Shown here in pieces: positions 54,672-64,000 of a DNA stretch of 64,000 nucleotides. How positions within the stretch are numbered: the first letter of the stretch is position 1; every line of letters starts with the position of its first letter. This stretch comes from an uncultured Planctomycetota bacterium (lineage in GTDB: Bacteria; Planctomycetota; Planctomycetia; Isosphaerales; Isosphaeraceae). The translations under genes were made by a program, and so were the position numbers. Under the pieces are notes generated by a model. The model searched no databases and was not told the DNA's origin. It saw nothing but the letters and a program-made list of their open reading frames with translations. The DNA is taken from positions 224,001 through 288,000 of the forward strand of contig CAWGMQ010000008.1 in the NCBI GenBank assembly GCA_963823665.1. The letters run 5' to 3'.

Positions 54672-57600
54672 GTGCCCGCTGATCCTCGCCGCGTGAAAGA
54701 GCTGTTCAACGCCGCCGTCGAATTGGCCGAACTGGCTGACCGGGCGGCTTTTCTCGACCGCGAATGCCGCGGCGACCGCGAGCTGCGCGCGCGTCTGGAT
54801 GACCTCATCGCGGCGTACAACCGCCCGGCGGGCGCACTGGAGAGCCCCCTCGCGGCGAATCCTTCCGGGTTCGTCGCGGGAGCTGCCAATCCGACCGCAG
54901 CCCGTTCCCCGTTGCCCGTCCGCGAGGACGATCAGACCGTCAGCATTCAACGCGAAACCCCGCCGCCGGCTTCCCTCATCGACACCATCATCGCCGGTCG
55001 CTACAAACTCCGCCAGGAGATCGGCGAGGGGGGCATGGGCTCGGTCTTTCTGGCCGAGCAGACGCAGCCGGTCAAGCGGCAGGTGGCTCTCAAGCTGATC
55101 AAGCCGGGCATGGACTCAAGAGCCGTGCTGGCTCGATTTGAATCCGAGCGTCAGGCCTTGGCGCTCATGGACCACCCGCACATTGCCAAAGTCCTCGACG
55201 CGGGAACTACCGAAGAAGCCCGCCCGTTCTTCGTCATGAAGCTGGTCAAGGGCATCCCACTCACGGATTATTGCGATCAGCACCGTCTCGGGCTGCCGGA
55301 ACGCCTGACCCTGTTCCGACAGATCTGCTCGGCCGTCCAGCACGCGCACCAAAAAGGCATCATCCATCGCGACTTGAAGCCGACGAACATCCTGGTGGAG
55401 AGCCACGATGGCCTGCCGGTGCCCAAGGTCATCGACTTCGGCCTGGCCAAGGCCACCAGCGGCCTGCAGCTCACCGAGCGCAGCCTATTCACCGCATTCG
55501 GCTCGGTTGCCGGCACGCCGCTGTACATGGCGCCGGAGCAGGCGGTGTTCAATGCCCTGGACGTTGACACCCGGGCCGACGTCTACGCGCTCGGGGTGAT
55601 CCTCTATGAGCTCTTGACCGGCAGCACGCCGATCCGTCGCGAGACGTTCCGGCAGGCCGCGATCGACGAGATGCTGCGATTGATCCGCGAACTCGAGCCG
55701 CCAACCCCGAGTAGCCGCATCAGCACGTCCGACACCTTGCCCAGTATCGCCGCCACGCGGCAGATCGAGCCAGCCGGCCTGGGCCGGTTCGTCCGCGGCG
55801 ACCTCGACTGGATCGTGATGAAGGCGCTGGCGAAGGAGCGTAACCGGCGATACGAATCGGCGACTGCGCTGGCGCAGGATCTTGAGCGATTCACGAATCA
55901 CGAGCCCGTGAGCGCAGGGCCGCCGACGGCCGCGTATCGGTTCCGGAAGTTTGCCCGCCGGCACCGCGCGGCCCTGGCAACGGCGGCAGGATTCGCGCTG
56001 CTCCTCATTGCCGCCACGGCCATGAGCGCGGGCCTCGCTGTCTGGGCGAATCGTGAGCGGGTGCGCGCGATGACGGCCGAGCAGGCGGCCAGGGACCAGC
56101 AAGCCCGCGCCCAGGACCGCGAGAAGCTGGCGATCGACGCCGTGCGGCGCTACGGCGACGTGGTCCGCGAGACGCCCGAGCTGAAGAACGACGCCGCGTT
56201 CGCCAGGCTCCGTGGCACGCTGCTGAAGGAGCCACAAGCGTTTTTCCAGAAGCTTCGGAATCGGCTCCAAGCGGACCAGGAGACCAGCCCGGAATCGCTC
56301 TCCAGGCTGGCACTGGCAAACTTCGACCTCGGCAAGCTGACGGACGAAATCGGCCACAAGCAGGACGCGCTGCGGGCCTTCGAGGAATCACTCGTCATCC
56401 GGCGGGAGCTCGCACGCGAGCACCCGATAGACACGGATTTCCAGACGGGGCCGGCAGACAGCCTTCATCGTGTAGCCGTGATCCACATGCAGGCGGGCCG
56501 ACCGGCAGAAGCGCGCCAGTTGCTGGACGAGGCCGCCGCGATCGGCGAACGGCTGGCGAGGGAGAACCCGTCGGCCACCGGGATTAAGCGCGACCTCGCC
56601 GGGGCTTATTTGAACATCGGCGTGCTGCAGAAAGACGCGGGACGGACGGACGAGGCGATTGAGTCGTATGAACGGTCGCGCGCGATGTGGGAGCGCCTGG
56701 CGCGTGAAGACCCGTCCTCAGTCGAGCTCCGCGCCGGTCTGGCGATGTGCCTGAACAACATCGGCTATCTGCAGCTTGGCACGGGTCGAACGGCCGAGGC
56801 GCTCAAGTCGCACGAGCAAGCTCGCGAAATCCGCGAGCAGCTCACGCGTGAAGCCCCCTCGGCGAGCTCGTTCCAGAACGACCTGGCCTTCAGCTTCGAG
56901 AACCTCTCGGAGGTCTACAATGCGATGGGTCAGGGAGCTAAGGCGTTGTCCTGTTGCAAGCAGGCCCTCGACATTCGCGAGCGCCTGGCGCACGACGAGC
57001 CATCGGTCACCGCATTTCGAAAAGACCTCGCCCGCTCGCACAACAACCTCGGCAACTTGCAAACCGCCACGGGCCAGATAGCTCGCGCGCTCGAATCATA
57101 CGAGCGGGCGGTTGCGATCCAGAAGCGCCTGGTGAGCGAGCAACCAACCTTCATCGAGTTCCAGAGCACCCTGGCCGCCTATGATTACAGCATCGCCATG
57201 CGGCAGCAGGACCTGGGTCGAACGGCCGAGGCACTTGAATCGCACGAGCGAGTCCGCGCAATCCGCGAACGGCTCGCGCGCGAAAACCCGTCCATCATCC
57301 AATTCCAGAGCGAGCTCGCTTACAGCCACAACAACATCGCCGTCCTGAAGCAGGCGATGGGACGGCCGGCGGAAGCGATTCAGTCCTATGCCCGGGGCCA
57401 AGCGATCCTGGAGCCGCTGGCGAGGGCAAACCCGTCGAACAGCGAGTTTCCGCGATACCCCGCCGGGAGTCATATGAACGTCGGCGGCCTGCACATTACA
57501 GCCGGCCGGCCCGCGGAGTCGGTGGCGTCGTTCGAGCGAGCCCGCGCAATCCAGGAGAAACTGGCACGCGAGCATCCCGATGCGCCCGACTTTGCCAGCG

Positions 57601-57872
57601 AGCTGGGCGGGACGTATCACAACCTGGCCGTGATCGCCCTGGGCCGGCGGCAATTCGACGAGGCCCGGGCCATCACGACCAGGGCCATCGAATGGCAGCG
57701 CAAAGCCGTGGCGGCCAACCCTTCGAATCCCAGCTTTCGGAAACACCTGATGAATCACCTGCAAAACCTGATCCTCGCCGACGAAGGCCTTGGCCGCGCC
57801 GCGGATGCCGACGCAACCCGCCGCGAGCTCGCCGAGCTGGCTGGAGGAGATCAGGCAAAGCGTGCGCGTTGA
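54672..57872 (+). CDS. Ser/Thr protein kinase with TM and TPR-like repeats
   Basis: RBS CAGGAGG plus GTG; IGEGGMG, VALKLIK, HRDLKPTN, DFGLAK and YMAPEQ; helical repeats RE.LARE.P. Confidence 0.93.
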   Translation: MPADPRRVKELFNAAVELAELADRAAFLDRECRGDRELRARLDDLIAAYNRPAGALESPLAANPSGFVAGAANPTAARSPLPVREDDQTVSIQRETPPPASLIDTIIAGRYKLRQEIGEGGMGSVFLAEQTQPVKRQVALKLIKPGMDSRAVLARFESERQALALMDHPHIAKVLDAGTTEEARPFFVMKLVKGIPLTDYCDQHRLGLPERLTLFRQICSAVQHAHQKGIIHRDLKPTNILVESHDGLPVPKVIDFGLAKATSGLQLTERSLFTAFGSVAGTPLYMAPEQAVFNALDVDTRADVYALGVILYELLTGSTPIRRETFRQAAIDEMLRLIRELEPPTPSSRISTSDTLPSIAATRQIEPAGLGRFVRGDLDWIVMKALAKERNRRYESATALAQDLERFTNHEPVSAGPPTAAYRFRKFARRHRAALATAAGFALLLIAATAMSAGLAVWANRERVRAMTAEQAARDQQARAQDREKLAIDAVRRYGDVVRETPELKNDAAFARLRGTLLKEPQAFFQKLRNRLQADQETSPESLSRLALANFDLGKLTDEIGHKQDALRAFEESLVIRRELAREHPIDTDFQTGPADSLHRVAVIHMQAGRPAEARQLLDEAAAIGERLARENPSATGIKRDLAGAYLNIGVLQKDAGRTDEAIESYERSRAMWERLAREDPSSVELRAGLAMCLNNIGYLQLGTGRTAEALKSHEQAREIREQLTREAPSASSFQNDLAFSFENLSEVYNAMGQGAKALSCCKQALDIRERLAHDEPSVTAFRKDLARSHNNLGNLQTATGQIARALESYERAVAIQKRLVSEQPTFIEFQSTLAAYDYSIAMRQQDLGRTAEALESHERVRAIRERLARENPSIIQFQSELAYSHNNIAVLKQAMGRPAEAIQSYARGQAILEPLARANPSNSEFPRYPAGSHMNVGGLHITAGRPAESVASFERARAIQEKLAREHPDAPDFASELGGTYHNLAVIALGRRQFDEARAITTRAIEWQRKAVAANPSNPSFRKHLMNHLQNLILADEGLGRAADADATRRELAELAGGDQAKRAR

Positions 57873-57907
57873 TTCGCGGTTGATATGATGATCCGGAAGC
57901 GTGACCC

Positions 57908-58641
57908 GCGACGAGCACCGTCTCGGGCTGCCGGAACGCCTGACCCTGTTCCGCCAGATCTGCTCGGCCGTCCAGCACGCCCACCAAAAAGGCATCATCC
58001 ACCGCGACTTGAAGCCGACGAACATCCTCGTGGAAAGCCACGATGGAAAGTCCGTTCCCAAGGTCATCGACTTCGGCCTGGCCAAGGCCACCAGCGGCAT
58101 GCAGCTCACCGATCGCAGCCTGTTCACCGCTTTCGGATCCGTCGCGGGCACGCCGCTTTACATAGCGCCGGAGCAGGCTTCCTGGAGCGCGCTCGACATC
58201 GACACCCGGGCCGACATCTACGCGCTCGGGGTGATCCTCTATGAGCTCTTGACCGGCAGCACGCCGATCCGTCGCGAGACGTTCCGGCAAGCCGCGATCG
58301 ACGAGATGCTGCGCTTGATCCGCGAAGTCGAGCCGCCAACCCCGAGCAGCCGCATCAGCACGTCCGACACTTTGCCCAATCTCGCCGCCACGCGGCAAAG
58401 CGACCCGGCGAAGCTGAGCCGGTTCGTGCGTGGCGATCTGGACTGGATCGTGATGAAGGCGCTGGCGAAGGAGCGTAACCGGCGATACGAGTCCGCGATC
58501 GCACTGGCGCAGGATCTCGAGCGGTTCGCGAATCACGAGCCGGTAACCGCAGGGCCGCCTACGGCCGCCTACCGGTTTCGGAAATTCGCCCGCAGGCATC
58601 GTGCGGCCCTCGCAACGGGAGGAGCATTCGCGCTGCTCCTC
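57908..58641 (+). pseudogene. Partial kinase duplicate (C-lobe only)
   Basis: Colinear 734-bp copy of 55273-56006, highly similar; lacks the N-lobe and TPRs. Confidence 0.88.
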
Positions 58642-58826
58642 CGAGATTCGACCCAAAGTCTTGCAAATCACCGCCTTTGCCAATATCTCTCAGGCGCAAG
58701 CGAGAAAATTAGTCAAAGCGAGTGCGCATCGCACGAGTCGCGGCATTGTATGATCGAGGGAACAAAGAACCGACCCGAAACACGGCTCTCCATGTTCATC
58801 GACGCAACCCGATTCGAGGCCGCACG

Positions 58827-61535
58827 ATGACCACTTCACGCCTGGCACAATCCCCATGGCAGTCACTCGATACGCTCTTTAGCGCTGGGGCCGTCGGCAC
58901 ATTACCCGACCCCGACTTGCTCAGGTGCTTCCGTAGCGAGGGCGGGGCACGCGGCGAGGAGGCCTTCCGCGTCCTGGTCGAGCGCCATGGCCCGATGGTG
59001 CTCTCGCTTTGCCATAGCTTGATTCCCGATTCACACGAAGCCGAAGACGCATTCCAGGCCACCTTTCTGGTGCTCGTGCGCAAGGGCCACACGATCTGGG
59101 TGCGCGATTCGGTCGGACCCTGGCTGTATGGCGTCGCCACGAAGGTTGCACGGCGGGCGCGGCGGCGCTCGATCACGCGGCAACGGTTTCAGGTCGCCAT
59201 CGCCGACGACGTCGCCGATTTGAAAACGAACGCGCCTGCGATTGACGTCCACTCGCACGAGATTGGTCGCGCCATCCACGAAGAGGTCGCCAGGCTGCCG
59301 GCAAGTCTTCGCGACGCGATCGTCCTCTGCACCTTCGAAGGCATGACCTACCACGCGGCGGCCCGCCAGCTCGGCGTGCCCGAGCCGACACTCCGCGGAC
59401 GGCTGCGCCGCGCCCGCCACCGGCTCGAATCCCAGCTTCGCCAGCGCGGTATCGCGGCACTGATGCCGGCCGCGCCACTGGCCGCGCCACCGCCGGCATT
59501 GGTTCGGTCCACAGTGCAGCACGCGGCCTGGTGGACATCGATGACCGGCTTGATCGGCGGCTCATCCGGCATCCCGGCTTCGATCGCCGTTCTGGCCCGA
59601 ACTGTGCTTCGCTCGATGATGCTCGGCGCATGCAAGGTGCCGGCCGCCATTGCGCTTCTTGCCGGCGGAATCCTGGCCGCCGCGGTGTGGGCTCAACCGG
59701 GCGAGCCGGTGAGACTGGCTGCCAGATCCGAGCCGCGGCCGAAGCAGTCAGCCAACCCAGCCGCTCAAGTCGCCGCCGCACCGCAGCCCCAACCAACCGC
59801 TCGACCCGGAGCCCGCGTCATCACAGGCCGCCTCACGGACGCAACTGGCCGGCCCGTCAGCGGCGCGAAGCTGATGTTCGCGCCAAAAACTCCGCTGCTT
59901 CCCTTCGAGGAGGGTGGCACGGCAGTTTCCGACGCCGAAGGCCGCTACCGGATCGAGCTTGCCGGTTTTCCACTCGGTGCGAACACCCTGCCGGCGACTG
60001 ATGCTGTTCGCTACCTCGTACTCGCGCCGGGATTTCGCAGCGAGTTTGGAAACATCGACGCGGGGAATACTCCGGTTGCTCTGGACGTTCGACTTTCGGC
60101 CGAGGAATGGCCACCGACCGAGATCCTCCTGGTCGATCGCGACGGCAAGCCTGTTGAGGGCGCCGAGCTGACGCTTCAGTTGGGAGGCTCCTTCACCTGG
60201 TCCCGCGAAACGTCTGACGCCCAGGGCCGCACGATCGTGAAATCGCCGCGCACACAGGGCTTCATGATGTCGATCCGCCGCGACGGGTTCCTTCCCACCC
60301 GGCTCGGCACACCGGGAACGGCCGAGGGTCCGCCGAAAAGCTTGTCCGTGCCGCTTTACCCCACAATTGAGGGAAGAGTCGTCGACGAGGCCGGCCTGCC
60401 GCTTTCGGGCATCAGGGTCGGCAGGCTGATCGCGCCCAACTATGACGCCGGTCTGGACAAGCCCAGCGATTATCTTGAGGTCCTCGCACCGGCCGGCTCG
60501 GCGAAACCGGCAATCACAGACAACCTGGGCCGCTTTCAACTGGCGCCGCGGATCACACTGGATAACCGCACCGGCAAATACAAGGTATGGCCGATGGCCG
60601 TCTGTTTCGCGGACGCCGAACTGCGCCGGGTTCACTTCCTCCGAGTCGACCTGGAAGCTCCGCGGCAGCCGTATGAGATCGTGCTGCGACCGGCTCGCCA
60701 CGTGCGAATTCCAATCGAACACGTCGTGATGGCTCCTTCGAGCTCGCTCGAAAGCTGGTGGGAGCTGAACGATCTGGCCGGCACCGGCAAGCCCGATCTT
60801 GGACTGTTCGTGATGCAAGGTCTCGTGCAGAAGCTGGGAACGGGCGGGAACTCTTCCCCGGGAGACTGGATTGATTCGTACTGGCCGGCGGGAAAGTACC
60901 GGGTCCAGGTCAATTCCGTCGTGACCGAGCCGCGAGAAGGAGCGGAAGAGACCTGGGCGGTAATCGTGGTGCCGCCAGGAGATGGTCCGCTCGTTCTTCC
61001 GCCAATTCAGATGACGGTCTTGCCCCTGCGCGGGCTGGTCAGCAAACCCGCGCCCGAAATCGACGCCAAGGATTTGAACACCGGAGCCCCGGTCAAGCTG
61101 GCCGACTTTAAGGGCAGGGTGGTCGTGCTCGATTTCTGGGGATACTGGTGCGGGCCGTGCATCGGGGCGATGCCGGCGCTCATGGAAGCCTACGACAAGT
61201 TCAAGGACAAGCCCGTCACGATCATCGCGCTGCACGACCAGTCGGTCCAGTCGCGAGTTGACTACGACCGGCGGCTCTCCGAGGTGAAGCGCCAGGCCTG
61301 GGGCAATCGCGAGCTGCCGTTCCAGGTGGCGCTCGATGTCCCCGATCCCAGCGCGCCCGCAGGAGTCGCTGCAATTGGACAAGGCATTACATGCAAGCGC
61401 TATCAGATCACCGGCTTCCCGACGACCCTCGTGATCGACCAGAACGGAAAAGTCGTCGGCAGGGTCGAGGTTCGCGAAAAAGGCAAGCTCGAAGCGATGT
61501 TGAACGAGCTGCTCAACAAGACTTCAAAAAAATGA
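58827..61535 (+). CDS. ECF sigma factor fused to TM, carboxypeptidase-regulatory-like repeats and TlpA-like thioredoxin
   Basis: [25 protein letters not shown]...D..G.PV.GA repeats; VVLDFWGYWCGPC...FPT..VID..G. Confidence 0.92.
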   Translation: MTTSRLAQSPWQSLDTLFSAGAVGTLPDPDLLRCFRSEGGARGEEAFRVLVERHGPMVLSLCHSLIPDSHEAEDAFQATFLVLVRKGHTIWVRDSVGPWLYGVATKVARRARRRSITRQRFQVAIADDVADLKTNAPAIDVHSHEIGRAIHEEVARLPASLRDAIVLCTFEGMTYHAAARQLGVPEPTLRGRLRRARHRLESQLRQRGIAALMPAAPLAAPPPALVRSTVQHAAWWTSMTGLIGGSSGIPASIAVLARTVLRSMMLGACKVPAAIALLAGGILAAAVWAQPGEPVRLAARSEPRPKQSANPAAQVAAAPQPQPTARPGARVITGRLTDATGRPVSGAKLMFAPKTPLLPFEEGGTAVSDAEGRYRIELAGFPLGANTLPATDAVRYLVLAPGFRSEFGNIDAGNTPVALDVRLSAEEWPPTEILLVDRDGKPVEGAELTLQLGGSFTWSRETSDAQGRTIVKSPRTQGFMMSIRRDGFLPTRLGTPGTAEGPPKSLSVPLYPTIEGRVVDEAGLPLSGIRVGRLIAPNYDAGLDKPSDYLEVLAPAGSAKPAITDNLGRFQLAPRITLDNRTGKYKVWPMAVCFADAELRRVHFLRVDLEAPRQPYEIVLRPARHVRIPIEHVVMAPSSSLESWWELNDLAGTGKPDLGLFVMQGLVQKLGTGGNSSPGDWIDSYWPAGKYRVQVNSVVTEPREGAEETWAVIVVPPGDGPLVLPPIQMTVLPLRGLVSKPAPEIDAKDLNTGAPVKLADFKGRVVVLDFWGYWCGPCIGAMPALMEAYDKFKDKPVTIIALHDQSVQSRVDYDRRLSEVKRQAWGNRELPFQVALDVPDPSAPAGVAAIGQGITCKRYQITGFPTTLVIDQNGKVVGRVEVREKGKLEAMLNELLNKTSKK

Positions 61536-61578
61536 GCGCCGGGCGCGATTACCACACGGCCGGCCAGGACGGGGATGG

Positions 61579-62001
61579 TCAATCCTGCTCCTCCAGCACC
61601 ATTCGCTTCGCCAGCGGACCATCTCTCGCCGCAAACCGCGAGTATCCGGGCTTTTCGCCTTCCGACAGAGACGCGATCAGGTCGCCGAACAGATAGACAA
61701 ACGCTGTGGGCCGCTCACCCGTGTATTCCCATTCCACGGTGATGTCTTCGAGCGACACCGGCTTCTGAATACAGCCTTCGTCCTTCGTGTACCCCCTACA
61801 GTTGGCGAACGGCAGTTTGCTTCGATCACTCCATTCGGACCGATCAGGCGTTTCACAGCGGTTATAAAGCCAGACGTCACCCAGAATGGCTTTGCCTTTT
61901 TTCAGGTAGGCATAGCCAACCTTGCCGTCGTCATCGAATGTCAGCGTAAGTGCGCCGCAGGGCGAAGTGAAATCAACCATCAATTCCATCGGGTGACCCA
62001 T
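61579..62001 (-). CDS. Hypothetical protein (possible orphan immunity-type protein)
   Basis: FDDDGKVGYAYL...GDVWLYN...PFAN...PG.SR.A..DGPLA; lower GC than neighbours. Confidence 0.7.
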   Translation of the reverse strand: MGHPMELMVDFTSPCGALTLTFDDDGKVGYAYLKKGKAILGDVWLYNRCETPDRSEWSDRSKLPFANCRGYTKDEGCIQKPVSLEDITVEWEYTGERPTAFVYLFGDLIASLSEGEKPGYSRFAARDGPLAKRMVLEEQD

Positions 62002-62075
62002 TTGAGTGCCTTCCATTCGCGGTCCGGCTTTCCGCGCGAGAGGCTGAAGCGCGGCGACAGCCGATCCGTATCAAA

Positions 62076-62164
62076 GGCTCAGAGCGTGATCTATCCTAAA
62101 GCATTGTCGCGGTGGGTCCAATGCGATAGCCTGGCAAAGCAGAGACACCGCGCGACTTTGAGCC
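62076..62164 (+). ncRNA. Candidate structured cis-regulatory leader RNA
   Basis: Nested stems found by eye plus loop/3' complementarity (see findings). Confidence 0.35.
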
Positions 62165-62189
62165 GCGAGTTTGCAGGAATTCCCAGCCC

Positions 62190-63314
62190 ATGCGTGATGT
62201 GATCGGACACCTGATCGATTCCCTCGAAAAAGGGAGCGAGGTGATCGTCTGCCAGGTCGTCGAGACCCGGGGTTCGACCCCACAGAAGGCCGGGTCGCTC
62301 ATGATCGTCAATCCCGACGGGGGGCAGGGGGGCACACTCGGCGGCGGCTGCGTCGAGAACGAGGTGAAAACCAAGGCGCTCCGCCAGCTTTCGAACGGGA
62401 CGGCGGCCGTTCACTCTTTCGTTTTGGATCACGATTACGCCTGGGCCGACGGGCTGATCTGCGGCGGGCGGATGGTGGTGATCGCTCATCCGGTGCGCGG
62501 CCAGGAGCCGCTGGGCTATTTCCGGACCGTTGCGCGGTTTCTCGACGACGGGCAGGGCTTCACCGAGGCCGTGATGCTGGGCACGGGTTCGGCGGAAGGC
62601 GAGCCGCCAGGGCGGCGGATCTTGTTCGACGCCGAAGGCGTCGCCCGAGCGAGTCTGCCGGCGGGAGGCATTCCCGCCGGTCTTTCGGCACGCATCGCGA
62701 CTCCGGCCAGCCGGCCCAAGCCGTCAGTCCACGACGGGGTCGCGTTCCTGCCGAGTTGGCCGCGGATCCGTTTGATCGTCGTCGGCGCCGGACATGTCGG
62801 CCAGGCGGTTGCCGACCTCGCTGTGCAGGCTGATTTCGACGTCTGGGTCATCGACGACCGGGCCCAGTATGCCAATCACGAGCGATTTCCGAGGGCACGG
62901 CGAATCCTGGTGGGGCCGATCGAGGAGGTCATTCCCACCCTGTCGATCACTCCGCTCTGCTATGCGTTGATCGTGACGCGGGGCCACGGGCATGACCAGG
63001 AGGCCCTGTACCGGCTGGCTCCCACCGCGGCAGGATACCTGGGCTTGATCGGCAGCCGGCGCAAGATACGCCTCATCTTCGACAACTTGCGTGAAGCGGG
63101 GATCGCCGAGGCCGATCTCGAGCGCGTCACCGCGCCGGTCGGGCTGGATATCGGCTCGCAGACCGTTCCCGAGATCGCGATCAGCATCGTCGCCGAGCTG
63201 ATCGCCCGGCGGAACCTCGGCGAGCGCCGCCCCGGCGCCATCCAGGTTCCTGAAGCACCGAGAAGGGTCGACGCCGCGGTGCATTGCGACTCAGGCGCCG
63301 GGGGTGCAGCGTGA
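62190..63314 (+). CDS. xdhC: XdhC/CoxF family molybdoenzyme maturation factor
   Basis: GSTPQKAG..M, GTLGGGCVE, GLICGG, GAGHVG, VTRGH..D, LIGSRRK and PVGLDIG..T..EIAISI.AE. Confidence 0.93.
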   Translation: MRDVIGHLIDSLEKGSEVIVCQVVETRGSTPQKAGSLMIVNPDGGQGGTLGGGCVENEVKTKALRQLSNGTAAVHSFVLDHDYAWADGLICGGRMVVIAHPVRGQEPLGYFRTVARFLDDGQGFTEAVMLGTGSAEGEPPGRRILFDAEGVARASLPAGGIPAGLSARIATPASRPKPSVHDGVAFLPSWPRIRLIVVGAGHVGQAVADLAVQADFDVWVIDDRAQYANHERFPRARRILVGPIEEVIPTLSITPLCYALIVTRGHGHDQEALYRLAPTAAGYLGLIGSRRKIRLIFDNLREAGIAEADLERVTAPVGLDIGSQTVPEIAISIVAELIARRNLGERRPGAIQVPEAPRRVDAAVHCDSGAGGAA

Positions 63315-64000
63315 TCGCGGCCATCGTTCCCGCGGCCGGTCGCAGCAAGCGGATGGGCCAGCCCAAATTGCTACTGCCAACCAACGGACGCACCCTGATC
63401 GCCCACGTGGTGACCGCGCTCCGCGAGGGTGGGGCCGATCGCGTGGTGGTGGTTGCCCCGCCGGCAGACTCGGAGGAGGGGCCGGCCGTCGCCCACGCGG
63501 CAGAAGCCGCCGGCGCTCTGGTCGTTGCGCCGCGGAGCGCCCGGCCGAGATGCGGGATTCGATCGAAATCGCCCTGGCGGCCGCCGCGAAGCCCACACCG
63601 CCGGAGCGCGTGCTGCTTGCGCCGGGTGATATCCCCGGCATCAAAGCCCAGATCGTCGCCGCGCTCCTCGACGAGAGCATCCGCCAGCCGCAGAAGATCG
63701 TCGTGCCACGCTTCCTCGAGCGCCGCGGGCACCCGGTCGTGCTGCCGTGGTCGCTCGCCGCGGACGTTGCATCACTACCGGAGGGGCAGGGGTTCAATGC
63801 CTTGCTGGCCCGGCATCACTCGCTCGTCGCGGAGCTTGTGGTGAGCGACTCGGATGTTACGGTCGACCTCGACAGTCCGGACGATTTAATCCGCTGGAAT
63901 GAACAACGAGGCGCCGGCGGCGTCGTGCAAGTCAGATTCTTCGCGCTGGCGAGGGAGCGAGCCGGGCGCTCGGAGATGGACATCGAGCTGCCGGGCGGCT
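63311..64000 (+). CDS. mocA: MocA-like Moco nucleotidyltransferase fused to a MoaD/ThiS-like domain; frameshift near 63533; 3' partial
   Basis: IVPAAGRSKRMGQPKLLL, then in the shifted frame PGDIP, RGHPV and DLDSPDD, continuing without a stop into VQVRFFALARERAG. Confidence 0.82.

Overview
GC-rich chromosomal window from a planctomycete, most likely Isosphaeraceae-like. This is inferred from LEPR-XLL surface proteins, DUF1549/DUF1553 and DUF1501 modules, a PVC-type CxxCH heme protein, ECF sigma factors with long C-terminal extensions and TPR Ser/Thr kinases. It carries about 45 genes: prpD (partial), an MBOAT/SGNH O-acylation pair, an IS1182-family element, several small TA or TA-like cassettes, five ECF sigma factors, two kinases plus a partial kinase duplicate, larA, three DUF1501 and two DUF1549/1553 genes, an FRG-domain islet and an xdhC-mocA::moaD operon (partial). 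Intergenic DNA is crowded with several distinct REP-like palindrome families. I found no rRNA, tRNA or CRISPR array. At least eight genes have single-base frameshifts that look like sequencing indels. The best leads are: (1) three tandem membrane-anchored ECF sigma factors sharing an unnamed ~45-aa post-TM domain and a GTGGAAC-N16/17-GCAT promoter motif; (2) a multi-stem, pseudoknot-capable leader RNA upstream of the Moco operon, whose second gene is a MocA-MoaD fusion; (3) TA and TA-like cassettes, one flanked by a long duplication of the neighbouring gene start; (4) an IS1182 inserted exactly in the loop of a REP-like hairpin. All family assignments come from motif recognition by eye; no searches were run.
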